Part shown: positions 33,231 to 42,733 of the stretch, piece after piece
How the letters are laid out: every line of letters begins with the position of its first letter
How positions within the stretch are numbered: position 1 is the first letter of the stretch
NCBI GenBank assembly: GCA_017532025.1
Contig: JAFXJX010000090.1
Coordinates: 9,910-73,909, forward strand
Source of the DNA: Clostridia bacterium
GTDB lineage: Bacteria > Bacillota > Clostridia > Oscillospirales > CAG-272
Length of the DNA: 64,000 nucleotides
Direction: 5' to 3'
Position numbers and translations under genes: made by a program
Notes under the pieces: model-generated
The model's input: the letters and a program-made list of their open reading frames with translations, nothing else
Told to the model about the DNA's origin: nothing
Databases searched by the model: none

Positions 33231-33500
33231 ATGAACCGTATTAAAAGCTTGCGCGAAGACAGAGACCTGCGCCAAAGCGACCTTGCGCGTGAAACAGGCA
33301 TTGACCAGCGAACCATATCCAATTACGAAACCGGAAAAAACGCGCCCGATATGTACGCCCTGATCCGCCTTGCCGACTTTTTTGAAGTTTCGATCGATTA
33401 TCTTGTGGGCAGAACCTCTTCCTATGACCACAGTGAAGAAAGAAAAAAACAAATCGAAAAAATCCAAGAATCGTTAGAAGAATTAAAAAAGCTTTCCTGA
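33231..33500 (+). CDS. XRE-family HTH regulator (89 aa)
   Basis: LRQSDLARETGIDQRTISNYETGKNAPDMYALIRLADFFEVSIDYLVGRT. RBS is GGAGGG. The gene is divergent from the LRR lipoprotein gene. Confidence 0.85.
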   Translation: MNRIKSLREDRDLRQSDLARETGIDQRTISNYETGKNAPDMYALIRLADFFEVSIDYLVGRTSSYDHSEERKKQIEKIQESLEELKKLS

Positions 33501-33502
33501 AT

Positions 33503-33545
33503 AACCAAGCCACGTCATGCGACGTGGCTTGGTTTGTTATTTGTT
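33503..33545. terminator. Bidirectional terminator between convergent genes
   Basis: AACCAAGCCACGTC-atgc-GACGTGGCTTGGTT followed by a T-rich tract. Confidence 0.75.
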
Positions 33546-33554
33546 TGAGATGAT

Positions 33555-36500
33555 TCAGCCTCGCCATTCGGGAGAGGTGGCATTTACCGTAAAGCTGCCT
33601 GCCACTGCTGAAAGGGTGGCAACACCGTTTTCAAACGACACAAGCGCAATACCGTCTTCTTTCATGGTAAGCGCATTCAGCACCTTGCCGTTAATGGTTG
33701 CGTTTTTCACAGGCAGAGACACCGTTGCCGTTGTGTTGGCGGGGATGGTAAAGCTGTACGTCCAAGCGTCGCCCTCGTAAGAGGATTTTGCCTTGATCGT
33801 ACCGTATGCCGAATCGTAAGATGCTTCAAACGCAAGGCGGCTGTCAGGCTGCGGCGCGATGAGGACATTCTTAAAGCCGGGATTCTGCGGGTCGGCGGCA
33901 ATGCCTGCCATCGATTCGAACATCCAACCCGCTACCGAGCCGTAGGCGTAGTGATTGAAGGAATTCATGCCCACATCGCCAAAACCGCTTTCGATGGTGT
34001 AGGAATTCCATCTTTCCCAAATGGTAGTCGCCCCTTGGTCAACCGAGTAAAGCCAAGAGGGATTATCGTGTTGCAAAAGCAGCGTATAGGCAAGGTCGCT
34101 TCTGCCGATTTTGGTCAAGGTAGGCAGAAGGATCGCCGTGCCGAGGAATCCGGTCTGCAAGCGGTTGCCCTTGCTTGTGATATTTCTCACAAGCTGAGCG
34201 GTCACTTTTTCCACCGATTTTTCATCGGGCAAGAGATCAAGATACAAAGCATACAGGCATACTGTCTGCTCGCTTCTCTTGAGAGCGCCTGAGGATGCAA
34301 CATACTGTTCAATGAAGTATGCCTTTTCTTCTTCATACAGCGCTCTGTAACGGGCAGCTTCGGCAGTAAGACCAATCGCCTCTGCCATATCTGCCATCAT
34401 CAAAGCATCCCATGCGTAGAATGCCACGCCGAGCATGGCCTTGATCTCGTCGTCATTCGATTCATAAGCCAGCCAGTCGCCCCAGTTACCGCCGGGGCCT
34501 TTTTTGTTGGTTTTCGAAAGATACCCGTCAATATAGAACTGCATCGAGTCCCAGTTTTCAAGAATCACCGAGGGATCGCCGTACATCATGTAGAGCTGAT
34601 ACGGCACAATAATGCCGGCATCTGCCCAACCAAGACCGCCCCAGCCTGCGCCTGAATAAGCACCCGTTGGCGCAGTACCCGGATACGCGCCTTCGCTGTT
34701 TTGGCTATCGCGCATATCGATCATAAACTTTTCAAGAAAGCTCTTGGAGAATGCCATATAGCAGCCTGTCTCGGCAAATACCTGTGTATCGGCAGTCCAG
34801 CCTTGACGCTCGTCGCGCTGCGGACAGTCGGTGGGAACAGACAAGTAGTTTGAATACTGTCCCCAACGGATGTTCGAGATCAGTCGGTTGATGTCCTTGT
34901 CAGAGGTCGTCATAAAACCGGTTTCTTTTTCCACCGAGGTCACCACCTGAGCTGAAAGCGCATGAATCGTTACGGTTTGTGTGGCGGTGATCGAAAGATA
35001 ACGGAAACCGTAGAAGGTGAAGGAGGGGTGGTATTCCTCCACGCCTTTTCCGCTGAGCGTATAGACGGTGGTTGCCTTGGCTGTGCGGTAGTTGGCGTTG
35101 TAAATTGAGCCCTCGGGACCGTCGTTTCCGCGCGACTTTTCGCCGTTTTTGTCATTCAGAATCTCGCCGTGTTCCATTGTCAGGCGCGCACCGGCAGGGC
35201 CCTCCACCTTAATGGCTTCCCAACCCGCAAAGTTCTGACCGAAATCGATCACGGCGGTTTCACCGGGGTTCAGTGTGAATGTTTCATTGCCATAGGCAGC
35301 AATCGTGTTGATTGTGCCGTAAGCCGTTGCACTTGCTCCGTTTGCTCCCTTGTAAACGGTTACGCTTTCTACCTTGCGCTCTAAATCCTTGCGAACCGTG
35401 ATAAACGAGCCGCTCCAAGCCACAAGCTTGCCGCGGAATTCATTGTTGATCGAAGCGTTTGCCCAATCGGAATCGTCAAATCCCGTCTTCATAAAGTCTT
35501 GTGAAACGCGGGCATCATAGGTTTCGCCGGTGAAGATATCGGCATACACAACAGCAGAAGCACAGGCAGTTTTCCATGTGCTGTCGGTCACAACCGTTTC
35601 GGTAGAGCCGTCGGCGTATGTCAAGATCAGCTTGGCAAGAAAGGCATTGTTCTTACCGTAGCGGCGAGCCGCATCGTCACTCCACCATCCGCCCGAAACC
35701 ACGGCGGCAAGCGTGTTGGTATCACCCTTTTTTATCATCCAAGTAACATCGTAGCTATTATAGAATTTGCGGTCTTCCATTTCGGTAAAGCCGGGCTTTA
35801 ATTCGTGGTATTCCACCGAGCCGTCGACATGGCGTCTTCCCACGCGCTCGCCGTTGATATAGGCTTCATACACACCAAGTCCTGAGGGATAAAGCTTGGC
35901 AGAAACAAGATTTTCTTTCACCGAAACCTCCTTGCGGAAGGCAGGAAGGCTGTTTTTCACCATACGGGTGAAGATAAATTCGCCCGCCGCCATATCGGTA
36001 CCCACGCGGAGCATACCGTTTTCTATCGTAATCGGCGCCGCACCCGTAAAGTCGATCGTATCGGATGTAAATGTATTTTCATACAAAAGCTTGCCGTCAG
36101 CATCCTTCACCGCAATGTTATCGTAGCTTGCCACTTCGTGGTCGTTGCCGCTCTGCGTGCTGTGACGGAAGCCGATGTCATACAGCGGAATATTGGTCGA
36201 ATGCGTATATGTCGAGGCAAGCGTCAAAGCATCGGCAGATTTACCAAGATAGGTCTTGACCGTTCTGCCGTCAACTTCAATAGAGATATGCGCCGTTTTG
36301 CCAATCAGCTCGGAAGCCGAGTATCCCACAGCGGCGGTCACGTCAATTGCCTGCAGGTTTCCCGGGCCACCGGGATATGCCGTCCAGTTTCCGTTTGATT
36401 TGACGTGCGGACGGAGGTAAACCTTGCCATCGCCGTTTTTTCCGTTGTAGGTGTTGATCTGCCACATCACAAAGCTGCCTGCATCCTGCATACCGAAGCA

Positions 36501-36995
36501 GAAGCCGAGATTATCTCTGTGAATCACAAAGTCAAAATCAATGCTGTATTTGGTTCCTGTGTAAAGAGGCGCTTTTTCGTAGCTGATCCATTTGGCATTG
36601 CCAAACGGTCTTGCGCAAAAAAGACCGGTTTCAAAGGTGACGGTGTCGGAGGTCTTCTTTTCCCCCTTGTGGTTGAAGACCGTCACCTGCCAGGTGTATT
36701 CGGTGGAGGAAACAAGCGGCTCACCCGCGTAAACAATACCCACAGAGGCGTCACTTTCCACCTTGCCGCTGTCCCACACAACGGCATCACGCTTTTTCAC
36801 CACAAGCTGATACGCACTTTGCGCCCAGCCAAGGATGTTGGAATTTGTTTTCCAGCTGAAAACAGGGGTGGTATCGTCAATACCCACGGGAGAGCGCATA
36901 TCCTCCACGCGCATATCGTAAACCGTAGCAGTGTTATCAATCATATCAGGCATCACGGGATCATCTCCTTTTTTGGTTGTTGACGGTGTTGTCAC
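33555..36995 (-). CDS. GH78 alpha-L-rhamnosidase (main reading frame; see the detached signal peptide at 36998..37123)
   Basis: DCPQRDERQGWTADTQVF is the GH78 signature block, and the overall size and order fit Bac_rhamnosid domains. The tracked GTG start has no RBS. Confidence 0.85.
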   Translation of the reverse strand: MTTPSTTKKGDDPVMPDMIDNTATVYDMRVEDMRSPVGIDDTTPVFSWKTNSNILGWAQSAYQLVVKKRDAVVWDSGKVESDASVGIVYAGEPLVSSTEYTWQVTVFNHKGEKKTSDTVTFETGLFCARPFGNAKWISYEKAPLYTGTKYSIDFDFVIHRDNLGFCFGMQDAGSFVMWQINTYNGKNGDGKVYLRPHVKSNGNWTAYPGGPGNLQAIDVTAAVGYSASELIGKTAHISIEVDGRTVKTYLGKSADALTLASTYTHSTNIPLYDIGFRHSTQSGNDHEVASYDNIAVKDADGKLLYENTFTSDTIDFTGAAPITIENGMLRVGTDMAAGEFIFTRMVKNSLPAFRKEVSVKENLVSAKLYPSGLGVYEAYINGERVGRRHVDGSVEYHELKPGFTEMEDRKFYNSYDVTWMIKKGDTNTLAAVVSGGWWSDDAARRYGKNNAFLAKLILTYADGSTETVVTDSTWKTACASAVVYADIFTGETYDARVSQDFMKTGFDDSDWANASINNEFRGKLVAWSGSFITVRKDLERKVESVTVYKGANGASATAYGTINTIAAYGNETFTLNPGETAVIDFGQNFAGWEAIKVEGPAGARLTMEHGEILNDKNGEKSRGNDGPEGSIYNANYRTAKATTVYTLSGKGVEEYHPSFTFYGFRYLSITATQTVTIHALSAQVVTSVEKETGFMTTSDKDINRLISNIRWGQYSNYLSVPTDCPQRDERQGWTADTQVFAETGCYMAFSKSFLEKFMIDMRDSQNSEGAYPGTAPTGAYSGAGWGGLGWADAGIIVPYQLYMMYGDPSVILENWDSMQFYIDGYLSKTNKKGPGGNWGDWLAYESNDDEIKAMLGVAFYAWDALMMADMAEAIGLTAEAARYRALYEEEKAYFIEQYVASSGALKRSEQTVCLYALYLDLLPDEKSVEKVTAQLVRNITSKGNRLQTGFLGTAILLPTLTKIGRSDLAYTLLLQHDNPSWLYSVDQGATTIWERWNSYTIESGFGDVGMNSFNHYAYGSVAGWMFESMAGIAADPQNPGFKNVLIAPQPDSRLAFEASYDSAYGTIKAKSSYEGDAWTYSFTIPANTTATVSLPVKNATINGKVLNALTMKEDGIALVSFENGVATLSAVAGSFTVNATSPEWRG

Positions 36996-36997
36996 GG

Positions 36998-37123
36998 TTA
37001 GTTTGTTGCCAATGTGGTTTCGGCGCTCGTGTTTTTGGGCTTATCTGATGAGCCGCAGGCGGGCAACAGAAGCGCACTCCCCGGCAGCAAAAGCGCCATC
37101 GCGGCAGAAATCAAGCGTTTCAT
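36998..37123 (-). pseudogene. Detached lipoprotein signal peptide of the GH78 gene, out of frame with the main ORF
   Basis: A strong RBS (TGAGGTGA) precedes ATG 37123. It encodes MKRLISAAMALLLPGSALLLPACGSSDKPKNTSAETTLATN, then TAA at 36998-37000, two nt before the GTG of the main frame. Confidence 0.7.
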
Positions 37124-37297
37124 AACATCACCTCATACTAACATCGGTATCAAAATTATATCACATATTGCATGGGATGTCACTATAAAAAATCTCTTTT
37201 TGATTTGCTTTTTTTGTTTTTTCGAAATGTTTTTCAAAAAAATGCTCTTTTTCCCGAATATCTTGCAGCGCACCCCTTCTTTTCTTTACAAAAAGCC

Positions 37298-37326
37298 TTG
37301 CCAAACGCCATAAACCATGATAGAAT
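37298..37326 (+). promoter_or_regulatory. Promoter of the GH29 operon (TTGCCA-17-TAGAAT with a TG extension)
   Basis: TTGCCA at 37298-37303, a 17-nt spacer ending in TGA, and TAGAAT at 37321-37326. Confidence 0.55.
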
Positions 37327-37379
37327 ATTAGGGTAAAAAACCACCTCAACACACCCACCAAGTCAGATTGGAGAATACC

Positions 37380-40300
37380 ATGACAAAGCTTTTTTCTTTG
37401 CCCAAATCCCGCCGTATCCTCATCCACAGCATCGTGATTGCCCTTGCGCTTCTTTTGCTTTTGGTTCTTTCACCGAAAGCACACGCCGAAAACGCCAAAA
37501 ACAGCCATGCGTTTGACGGCGTTCATTTCAAAAGAGAAAGCATCACGCTGAAGGTAGGCGGAAGCTATCCGCTTTCCCTGCGCAAAATCAATGCCGGCAG
37601 TGAAAAAGAAATTTACACAAGCGAAAACGAAGAGATCGCCACCGTGAAAGACGGCGAAGTGTTTGCCCTCGCAGAAGGCGAAACAACAATCACCGTGAAA
37701 AAGGGCAAGTATTCTGACAGCGTGAAGGTCAGAGTAACCAAGAATGACCCGGCAATGGAAGAATACGAACACACCGCCGAGCTTCTGCGCGACTTTTTAG
37801 ACCTTCGTTTCGGTCTGTTTTTGCACTTTAACAGCGCTACCTATGAATTCGCAAACGGAGGCGACTGGGGTGGCAGCAACGGTGAAAACCACACCTCCGC
37901 CTTTGATCCTGCCGTTTGGGATCCTTCTCAGCTCGACTGCGAAGGCTGGGCAAAAGCCGCCAAAAGTGCCGGCATGACCTTTGCCGTTCTCACCACCAAG
38001 CACCACGACGGCTTTAATCTGTGGGACAGCGCTTACACCGATTACGACGTGGGAAGTGCCAAAAATACCACCGACGTGGTCAAAGCTTACACCGACGCTT
38101 GCCGCGCCGAGGGCATTCAACCTGGTTTGTATTTTTCCATGCTTGATATCAAGCACAAGATCACCTCACAAAGCTGTTCTGCCAACGATATTGAGTTCAT
38201 CAAAGCACAACTCACCGAGCTTTTGACAGGCTACGGCGAAATTCCTTTCATCATTTTTGACGCCTGGAATGCCTATTGGGGCGGCCCCAACTACACCTTG
38301 TTGCCCTATGAGGAAATCGTCAACCTCATCCACACCCTTCAGCCGAATTGCCTTGTGATCAACATCAGTTGTGAGGCAAACAACGTGCATTCGCAGGTTA
38401 CCATGTTTGAAAGCGGCGCAGGACAAGGCGTGCCCGAATGGTTCGACAACGTCAACATCTCCTGCAACACCCCCACGAGCGACTGGTTCTTCGATAAAGG
38501 CACGCTCAGCTCGATCAAATCGGTCGATTGGGTACTGAAAGAAAACATCAGCAAATTCCGCGATTCGGATACCGTCTTCATTCTGAACGCCTCGCCAAAC
38601 AAAAAGGGCAAGATCGACGCAGCGTTCACGAAACTTCTTTCCGAGGTCGGCAAAGGATATGCCAAGACGGCAGACGTTGAAAAAATGCCCGACCGCTATC
38701 TTGCCGATTACGACTATCACAACAACCTTCTCTTCCACAAAGATTTCGCATCGAGCGGATATGACGGCAAAGCCTCTCCGGGGCGCGTTGCCGATGGTTA
38801 CTGCGACGAGGATTTCGAGCATGAAACCGCCTATAAATCCACCAGCGGCATGACTTATCTGACAGGCGACATCGGCTACAAAACATCCCTCGGCAAGCTG
38901 TACGTGCATATCAGCTCAGACATGACAAAGACTGCCGCCGACAAAACCCACGTCTTCCTTTTGAACGAAAACCCCGGCAGAACATCATACAACAAGCTCT
39001 CAAACAGCGAATACGTCAAAACCCTGAAGCTGACCGATGGAAATTTGACCGATAACTGCTACACGCTTGATTTTGAAGGCGCAGAAGGTCGCTACGTTGT
39101 CTTTGTGCTGGAAGGATCCGGCTCGTTCTCTTTCAGCGAGATCATTCTGAATCCTTACTCTTTGAAAGATGACGCCGCCCACTCTTTGAGAGACAAGTTC
39201 GAAACGGTTACCACCACCGTCGGCAAGCTCCCCACCCTTCCCGAAAAAGCCTACTTCATCGCGGCAAACGGCGCGCTTGTGGAAAAAGCGATTACTTGGA
39301 ATACCGAGAACCTTGCGCTTTCCCAAGCAGGCAAGACCACTCTCTACGGTGCTACCGACGACGGCTGTGAAGTTACCATGCCGATCCGCGTCATGACAGA
39401 AGATCTTTACATCGAAGTACCCTCTGTCAGCGTGACGGCATCTTCGATGTGGAGCCAGGCAGAAGAACTCGGTTGGGCGCATTCGCGCAATCTGATCGAC
39501 AAATCAGGTCTTGACAAAAATGCCGCCAGCATCTTCTTCAGCACGCACGACAATCCCTATAACGGCACATCCATGTGGCACACGCGTGAAGGCAACAAAA
39601 CAGGCTGGCTGATCTTTGACCTTGGTAAAGTTTCCACCGTGAGTAATGCGCTTATCTGGAATCATAACCAAGAGAACGAGCCCGACCGCGGTGTGAAAAC
39701 CATGACGGTATATTACACCGATAAAGCAAGCCCCACTGATAGCGATTGGATCAAGATCGACACCTATACGCTCACAAAAGCGCAGTCTTCTGCCGATCAG
39801 ACAGCCACCGACTTCATTTCGTTTGGCAAGATCGAAGCGCGCAAGATCAAATTTGATATCACAGATAACTACGGCGACCCCTCGGTAACCGGACTTTCGG
39901 AGGTAATCTTCTTTGCCGCCCCCGCAAGCGGCACGCTTGATTACGCCGCCATCTATGCCGCTATGACAAAGCTTGATATGCTGAGCCGCTTTGATTACAG
40001 CGAAAGCAGCTACTCTGCCGCCAAAACCGCCTATACCGCCGCTGAAAAAGGTGTCAAAACAGCCAAGACCCAAGCCGAGCTCGACTCACTCGCCAAGGCA
40101 CTCAGCGATGCGATCACCGAAATGGAAAAGACCTACAGCAAAAAAAACATCCAGTCGCTTTCCTTCAATCTGACAATGGAAGCAGGCAAATCGCTTCCTG
40201 AAACCGTCACGGTCAAATTTACCGACAGAACCACACAAGAAGCAAGCGTGGTTTGGAATATGCTTCCCACCGACAAAGTAAACACCCCCGGCTCGTTTGA

Positions 40301-40805
40301 CCTTGCGGGCAGACTCGAAGGCACACCCTACACCGTCACCGCATACATCAAGGTGGAAGGCGTTTCGGATGCTTCCCTTCGCACCATTGTGGAAAGCTAC
40401 AAGACAATCGAACTCACCGCTTACAGCGAATCTACCCAAAGTGCTTTTGTGAGCGCTTTGCAAAAAGCAACAGCACTTCTTGAGAAAACAGACAAAACAC
40501 AAGAGGAAGTCAATGCCGCCAAAGCCGAGCTCACCGCGGCAAAATATGCGCTGAAAAAGACTTACACCAACACACCTGTGGTACCGCCTCCCACCACCAA
40601 CACGCCCACCACAAGCGACACGCCTGAAACAAGCACAACACCCGAAACGAGCCAAACGCCCGTGACTGAAGAAACGCCAAACGGCGCGATCCCCGACAAA
40701 GAGCCCACTTCTCTCGGCTTGATCGTAGCCATCGTTTGCGGCGCGCTTCTCTGCTTCGGTCTTGGCATCGGCGCCACCGTCTTTGTAATGAAGAAGAAAG
40801 GATAA
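37380..40805 (+). CDS. Cell-surface GH29 alpha-L-fucosidase. Multidomain: Big_2-like, GH29, discoidin-like and helical repeats, Thr/Pro linker and a C-terminal TM anchor.
   Basis: Signal peptide. RFGLFLHFNS and LTTKHHDGFNLWDS are GH29 motifs. The C-terminus is PPPTTNTPTTSDTPETSTTPETSQTP followed by LGLIVAIVCGALLCFGLGIGATVFVMKKKG. Confidence 0.85.
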   Translation: MTKLFSLPKSRRILIHSIVIALALLLLLVLSPKAHAENAKNSHAFDGVHFKRESITLKVGGSYPLSLRKINAGSEKEIYTSENEEIATVKDGEVFALAEGETTITVKKGKYSDSVKVRVTKNDPAMEEYEHTAELLRDFLDLRFGLFLHFNSATYEFANGGDWGGSNGENHTSAFDPAVWDPSQLDCEGWAKAAKSAGMTFAVLTTKHHDGFNLWDSAYTDYDVGSAKNTTDVVKAYTDACRAEGIQPGLYFSMLDIKHKITSQSCSANDIEFIKAQLTELLTGYGEIPFIIFDAWNAYWGGPNYTLLPYEEIVNLIHTLQPNCLVINISCEANNVHSQVTMFESGAGQGVPEWFDNVNISCNTPTSDWFFDKGTLSSIKSVDWVLKENISKFRDSDTVFILNASPNKKGKIDAAFTKLLSEVGKGYAKTADVEKMPDRYLADYDYHNNLLFHKDFASSGYDGKASPGRVADGYCDEDFEHETAYKSTSGMTYLTGDIGYKTSLGKLYVHISSDMTKTAADKTHVFLLNENPGRTSYNKLSNSEYVKTLKLTDGNLTDNCYTLDFEGAEGRYVVFVLEGSGSFSFSEIILNPYSLKDDAAHSLRDKFETVTTTVGKLPTLPEKAYFIAANGALVEKAITWNTENLALSQAGKTTLYGATDDGCEVTMPIRVMTEDLYIEVPSVSVTASSMWSQAEELGWAHSRNLIDKSGLDKNAASIFFSTHDNPYNGTSMWHTREGNKTGWLIFDLGKVSTVSNALIWNHNQENEPDRGVKTMTVYYTDKASPTDSDWIKIDTYTLTKAQSSADQTATDFISFGKIEARKIKFDITDNYGDPSVTGLSEVIFFAAPASGTLDYAAIYAAMTKLDMLSRFDYSESSYSAAKTAYTAAEKGVKTAKTQAELDSLAKALSDAITEMEKTYSKKNIQSLSFNLTMEAGKSLPETVTVKFTDRTTQEASVVWNMLPTDKVNTPGSFDLAGRLEGTPYTVTAYIKVEGVSDASLRTIVESYKTIELTAYSESTQSAFVSALQKATALLEKTDKTQEEVNAAKAELTAAKYALKKTYTNTPVVPPPTTNTPTTSDTPETSTTPETSQTPVTEETPNGAIPDKEPTSLGLIVAIVCGALLCFGLGIGATVFVMKKKG

Positions 40806-40815
40806 GGAGTGCGTT

Positions 40816-41805
40816 ATGACAAATCTTGAACAAAATCAAATGCACTTTATCAATCTGCGCTTTGGCACATTCATTCATTTTAACAGCGCAAGCGTGCAGT
40901 TTCATGCAACCTCCGACGTGGAGGACTGGGAATTTTTCTGCGAAAACGGCGGACATCCCCGTAAGTACCCTTTCAATGAAAAAGATTTTGCGCCTCAAGT
41001 GATCGATACTGACACTTGGGCAGCCATGGCAAAAGCGGCAGGTTGCCGTTTTGCGGCCCTCACCACCAAGCATCACGAGGGCTTCTGTCTATGGCACACC
41101 GATGCCACAGAGCATTCGGTGAAAAACGCCACGGTCACAACTGACGTGGTGGCAAAGTACCTTGAATCCTTCCGTAAAGTCGGCATTGAAGCGGGGCTTT
41201 ACTTCTCGATTCTCGACCTCACCGAAGGCATCAGCCTCAACAAGCCCTTTACCGAAGAAAACGCTCTTTTCATTGAACGGCAAGTCCGAGAGCTTCTCAC
41301 GCGCTACGGCGAGATTCCCTTTTTGATGGTGGACGGATGGAATTCGCCTTGGGGCGGCCCGTCCTTCAAGGATTTCCCTTTCTCGCGCCTTGATAAGCTT
41401 GTAAAAAGCTTACAGCCCAACTGTCTTCTTTTGAACATCGGTTGGCCGCACTCACTTGCCGGCACAGACGTTGCCTTCTATGAAAATGCGGCAGGGCAAG
41501 AGCTTACGGGCGATTTTTCAGGTCCCGGTGTTTCCTGCAACAAGCTGACCGACGCGTGGTTCCACCGCGACGAAGACCGCAAAAAGCCAACCAAAACCGC
41601 CGATTGGGCGGTGGAAAAAGCGCACGCCTATTTCCAAAAAAACGTCAACTTCATGCTGAACATCTCACCCGACGAAAACGGCTGTGTCGATCAGAATCTC
41701 ATCGATACCTTTGAAGAGATCGGCAAGAAGATTGAGTTTCCCGCACCTCTCGAAACCCTCCCCGACGGTTGGTTGAAGAGGGAGATGGGTGACCAAAATG
41801 GATGA
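40816..41805 (+). CDS. GH29 alpha-L-fucosidase, catalytic domain only, no signal peptide
   Basis: RFGTFIHFNS and LTTKHHEGFCLWHT. It starts 10 nt after the upstream stop. Confidence 0.85.
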   Translation: MTNLEQNQMHFINLRFGTFIHFNSASVQFHATSDVEDWEFFCENGGHPRKYPFNEKDFAPQVIDTDTWAAMAKAAGCRFAALTTKHHEGFCLWHTDATEHSVKNATVTTDVVAKYLESFRKVGIEAGLYFSILDLTEGISLNKPFTEENALFIERQVRELLTRYGEIPFLMVDGWNSPWGGPSFKDFPFSRLDKLVKSLQPNCLLLNIGWPHSLAGTDVAFYENAAGQELTGDFSGPGVSCNKLTDAWFHRDEDRKKPTKTADWAVEKAHAYFQKNVNFMLNISPDENGCVDQNLIDTFEEIGKKIEFPAPLETLPDGWLKREMGDQNG

Positions 41806-42307
41806 GAAGAAAGAACTTCCGACACGGAAGCCGACACGGTTGAAAAGTTTTGATTATAGCTCAAACGGTGTATATTTTATAACAATATGTACCCAAAACC
41901 GAAAGAACATTCTTTCTACAATCACCGATGTAGGGGAGGGGTCGCCCCTCCCGCGATTATCGCATTACGGCAAAATCGTAGATAAATGGATTCAAGAATT
42001 ACCAAATCAATATCCGGAAATATCTGTTGACCGTTATGTCATTATGCCAAATCATATACATCTTTTATTGTGCATAGCCAAGGATAGCGGGAGGGGCGAC
42101 CCCTCCCCTACGGTTGATGCGGCAATGGGATGGCTTAAATATCAAGCGACAAAAGAGATAAATAAACTGCGTACTACAACGGGAGAACGAGTTTTTCAGC
42201 GTTCTTTTTACGACCATATTGTCCGTAATTATGATGATTATTGCGAAATAAGCAAATACATCCACGAAAACCCGATGAAATGGTATGATAAACATTTGAA
42301 CACATAA
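41798..42307 (+). CDS. RAYT-type Y1 (HUH) transposase, IS200/IS605 TnpA superfamily (COG1943-like)
   Basis: YFITICTQNRKNIL, the HUH block VIMPNHIHLLL, and FQRSFYDHIVRN...YIHENPMKW. The ATG overlaps the last codons of the fucosidase gene. Confidence 0.8.
   Translation: MDEKKELPTRKPTRLKSFDYSSNGVYFITICTQNRKNILSTITDVGEGSPLPRLSHYGKIVDKWIQELPNQYPEISVDRYVIMPNHIHLLLCIAKDSGRGDPSPTVDAAMGWLKYQATKEINKLRTTTGERVFQRSFYDHIVRNYDDYCEISKYIHENPMKWYDKHLNT
41930..41954 (+). repeat. GTAG-hairpin (REP-like) inside the RAYT ORF, forward copy
   Basis: GTAGGGGAGGGGTCGCCCCTCCCGC has an 8-bp GGGAGGGG/CCCCTCCC stem with a 3-nt loop. It encodes VGEGSPLPR in frame. Confidence 0.85.
42087..42111 (-). repeat. GTAG-hairpin inside the RAYT ORF, inverted copy
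   Basis: GCGGGAGGGGCGACCCCTCCCCTAC is the exact 25-nt reverse complement of 41930-41954. It encodes SGRGDPSPT in frame. Confidence 0.85.
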
Positions 42308-42351
42308 GATTACGCGCCGATTCCCACCAAATAAAAAAGGAGCATAAAAAG

Positions 42352-42696
42352 TTGCACGTACCTGTTACGTTTTCAGATCACAATATTGTCGCCATCAATA
42401 CTAAGGATGCAACAATTGTCATAAGCCAAAACAAAAAGCTTCACACCATCGACCTCAAGAATTGCGCCGAAAATTTCACAAAAGAATACAACACATCAAA
42501 CGGACTCTGTGTTGGCGACAGAAATATTGAAAAAAACTATGTTCGTCTTTACACCAATGGCATTCCAACCGTTATATCATTTAAGAGATTCTATGTATTT
42601 GGTAAAAAAATCTTGTTTGGGAACAGAAAACAGCGATTTATGCAATTCCAAACAATCATGACACAACTGGGATACACCACATACGATTTGACATAA
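42352..42696 (+). CDS. Hypothetical protein (114 aa), AT-rich, adjacent to the RAYT gene
   Basis: TTG start after AAAAGGAG. No motif recognised. A strong terminator follows. Confidence 0.5.
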   Translation: MHVPVTFSDHNIVAINTKDATIVISQNKKLHTIDLKNCAENFTKEYNTSNGLCVGDRNIEKNYVRLYTNGIPTVISFKRFYVFGKKILFGNRKQRFMQFQTIMTQLGYTTYDLT

Positions 42697-42698
42697 TG

Positions 42699-42733
42699 AA
42701 AACCCCGACAGATTTTCTGTCGGGGTTGTTTTT
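42699..42733. terminator. Bidirectional terminator
   Basis: AACCCCGACAG-atttt-CTGTCGGGGTT with AAA and TTTTT flanks, between 42696 (+) and 42746 (-). Confidence 0.8.
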
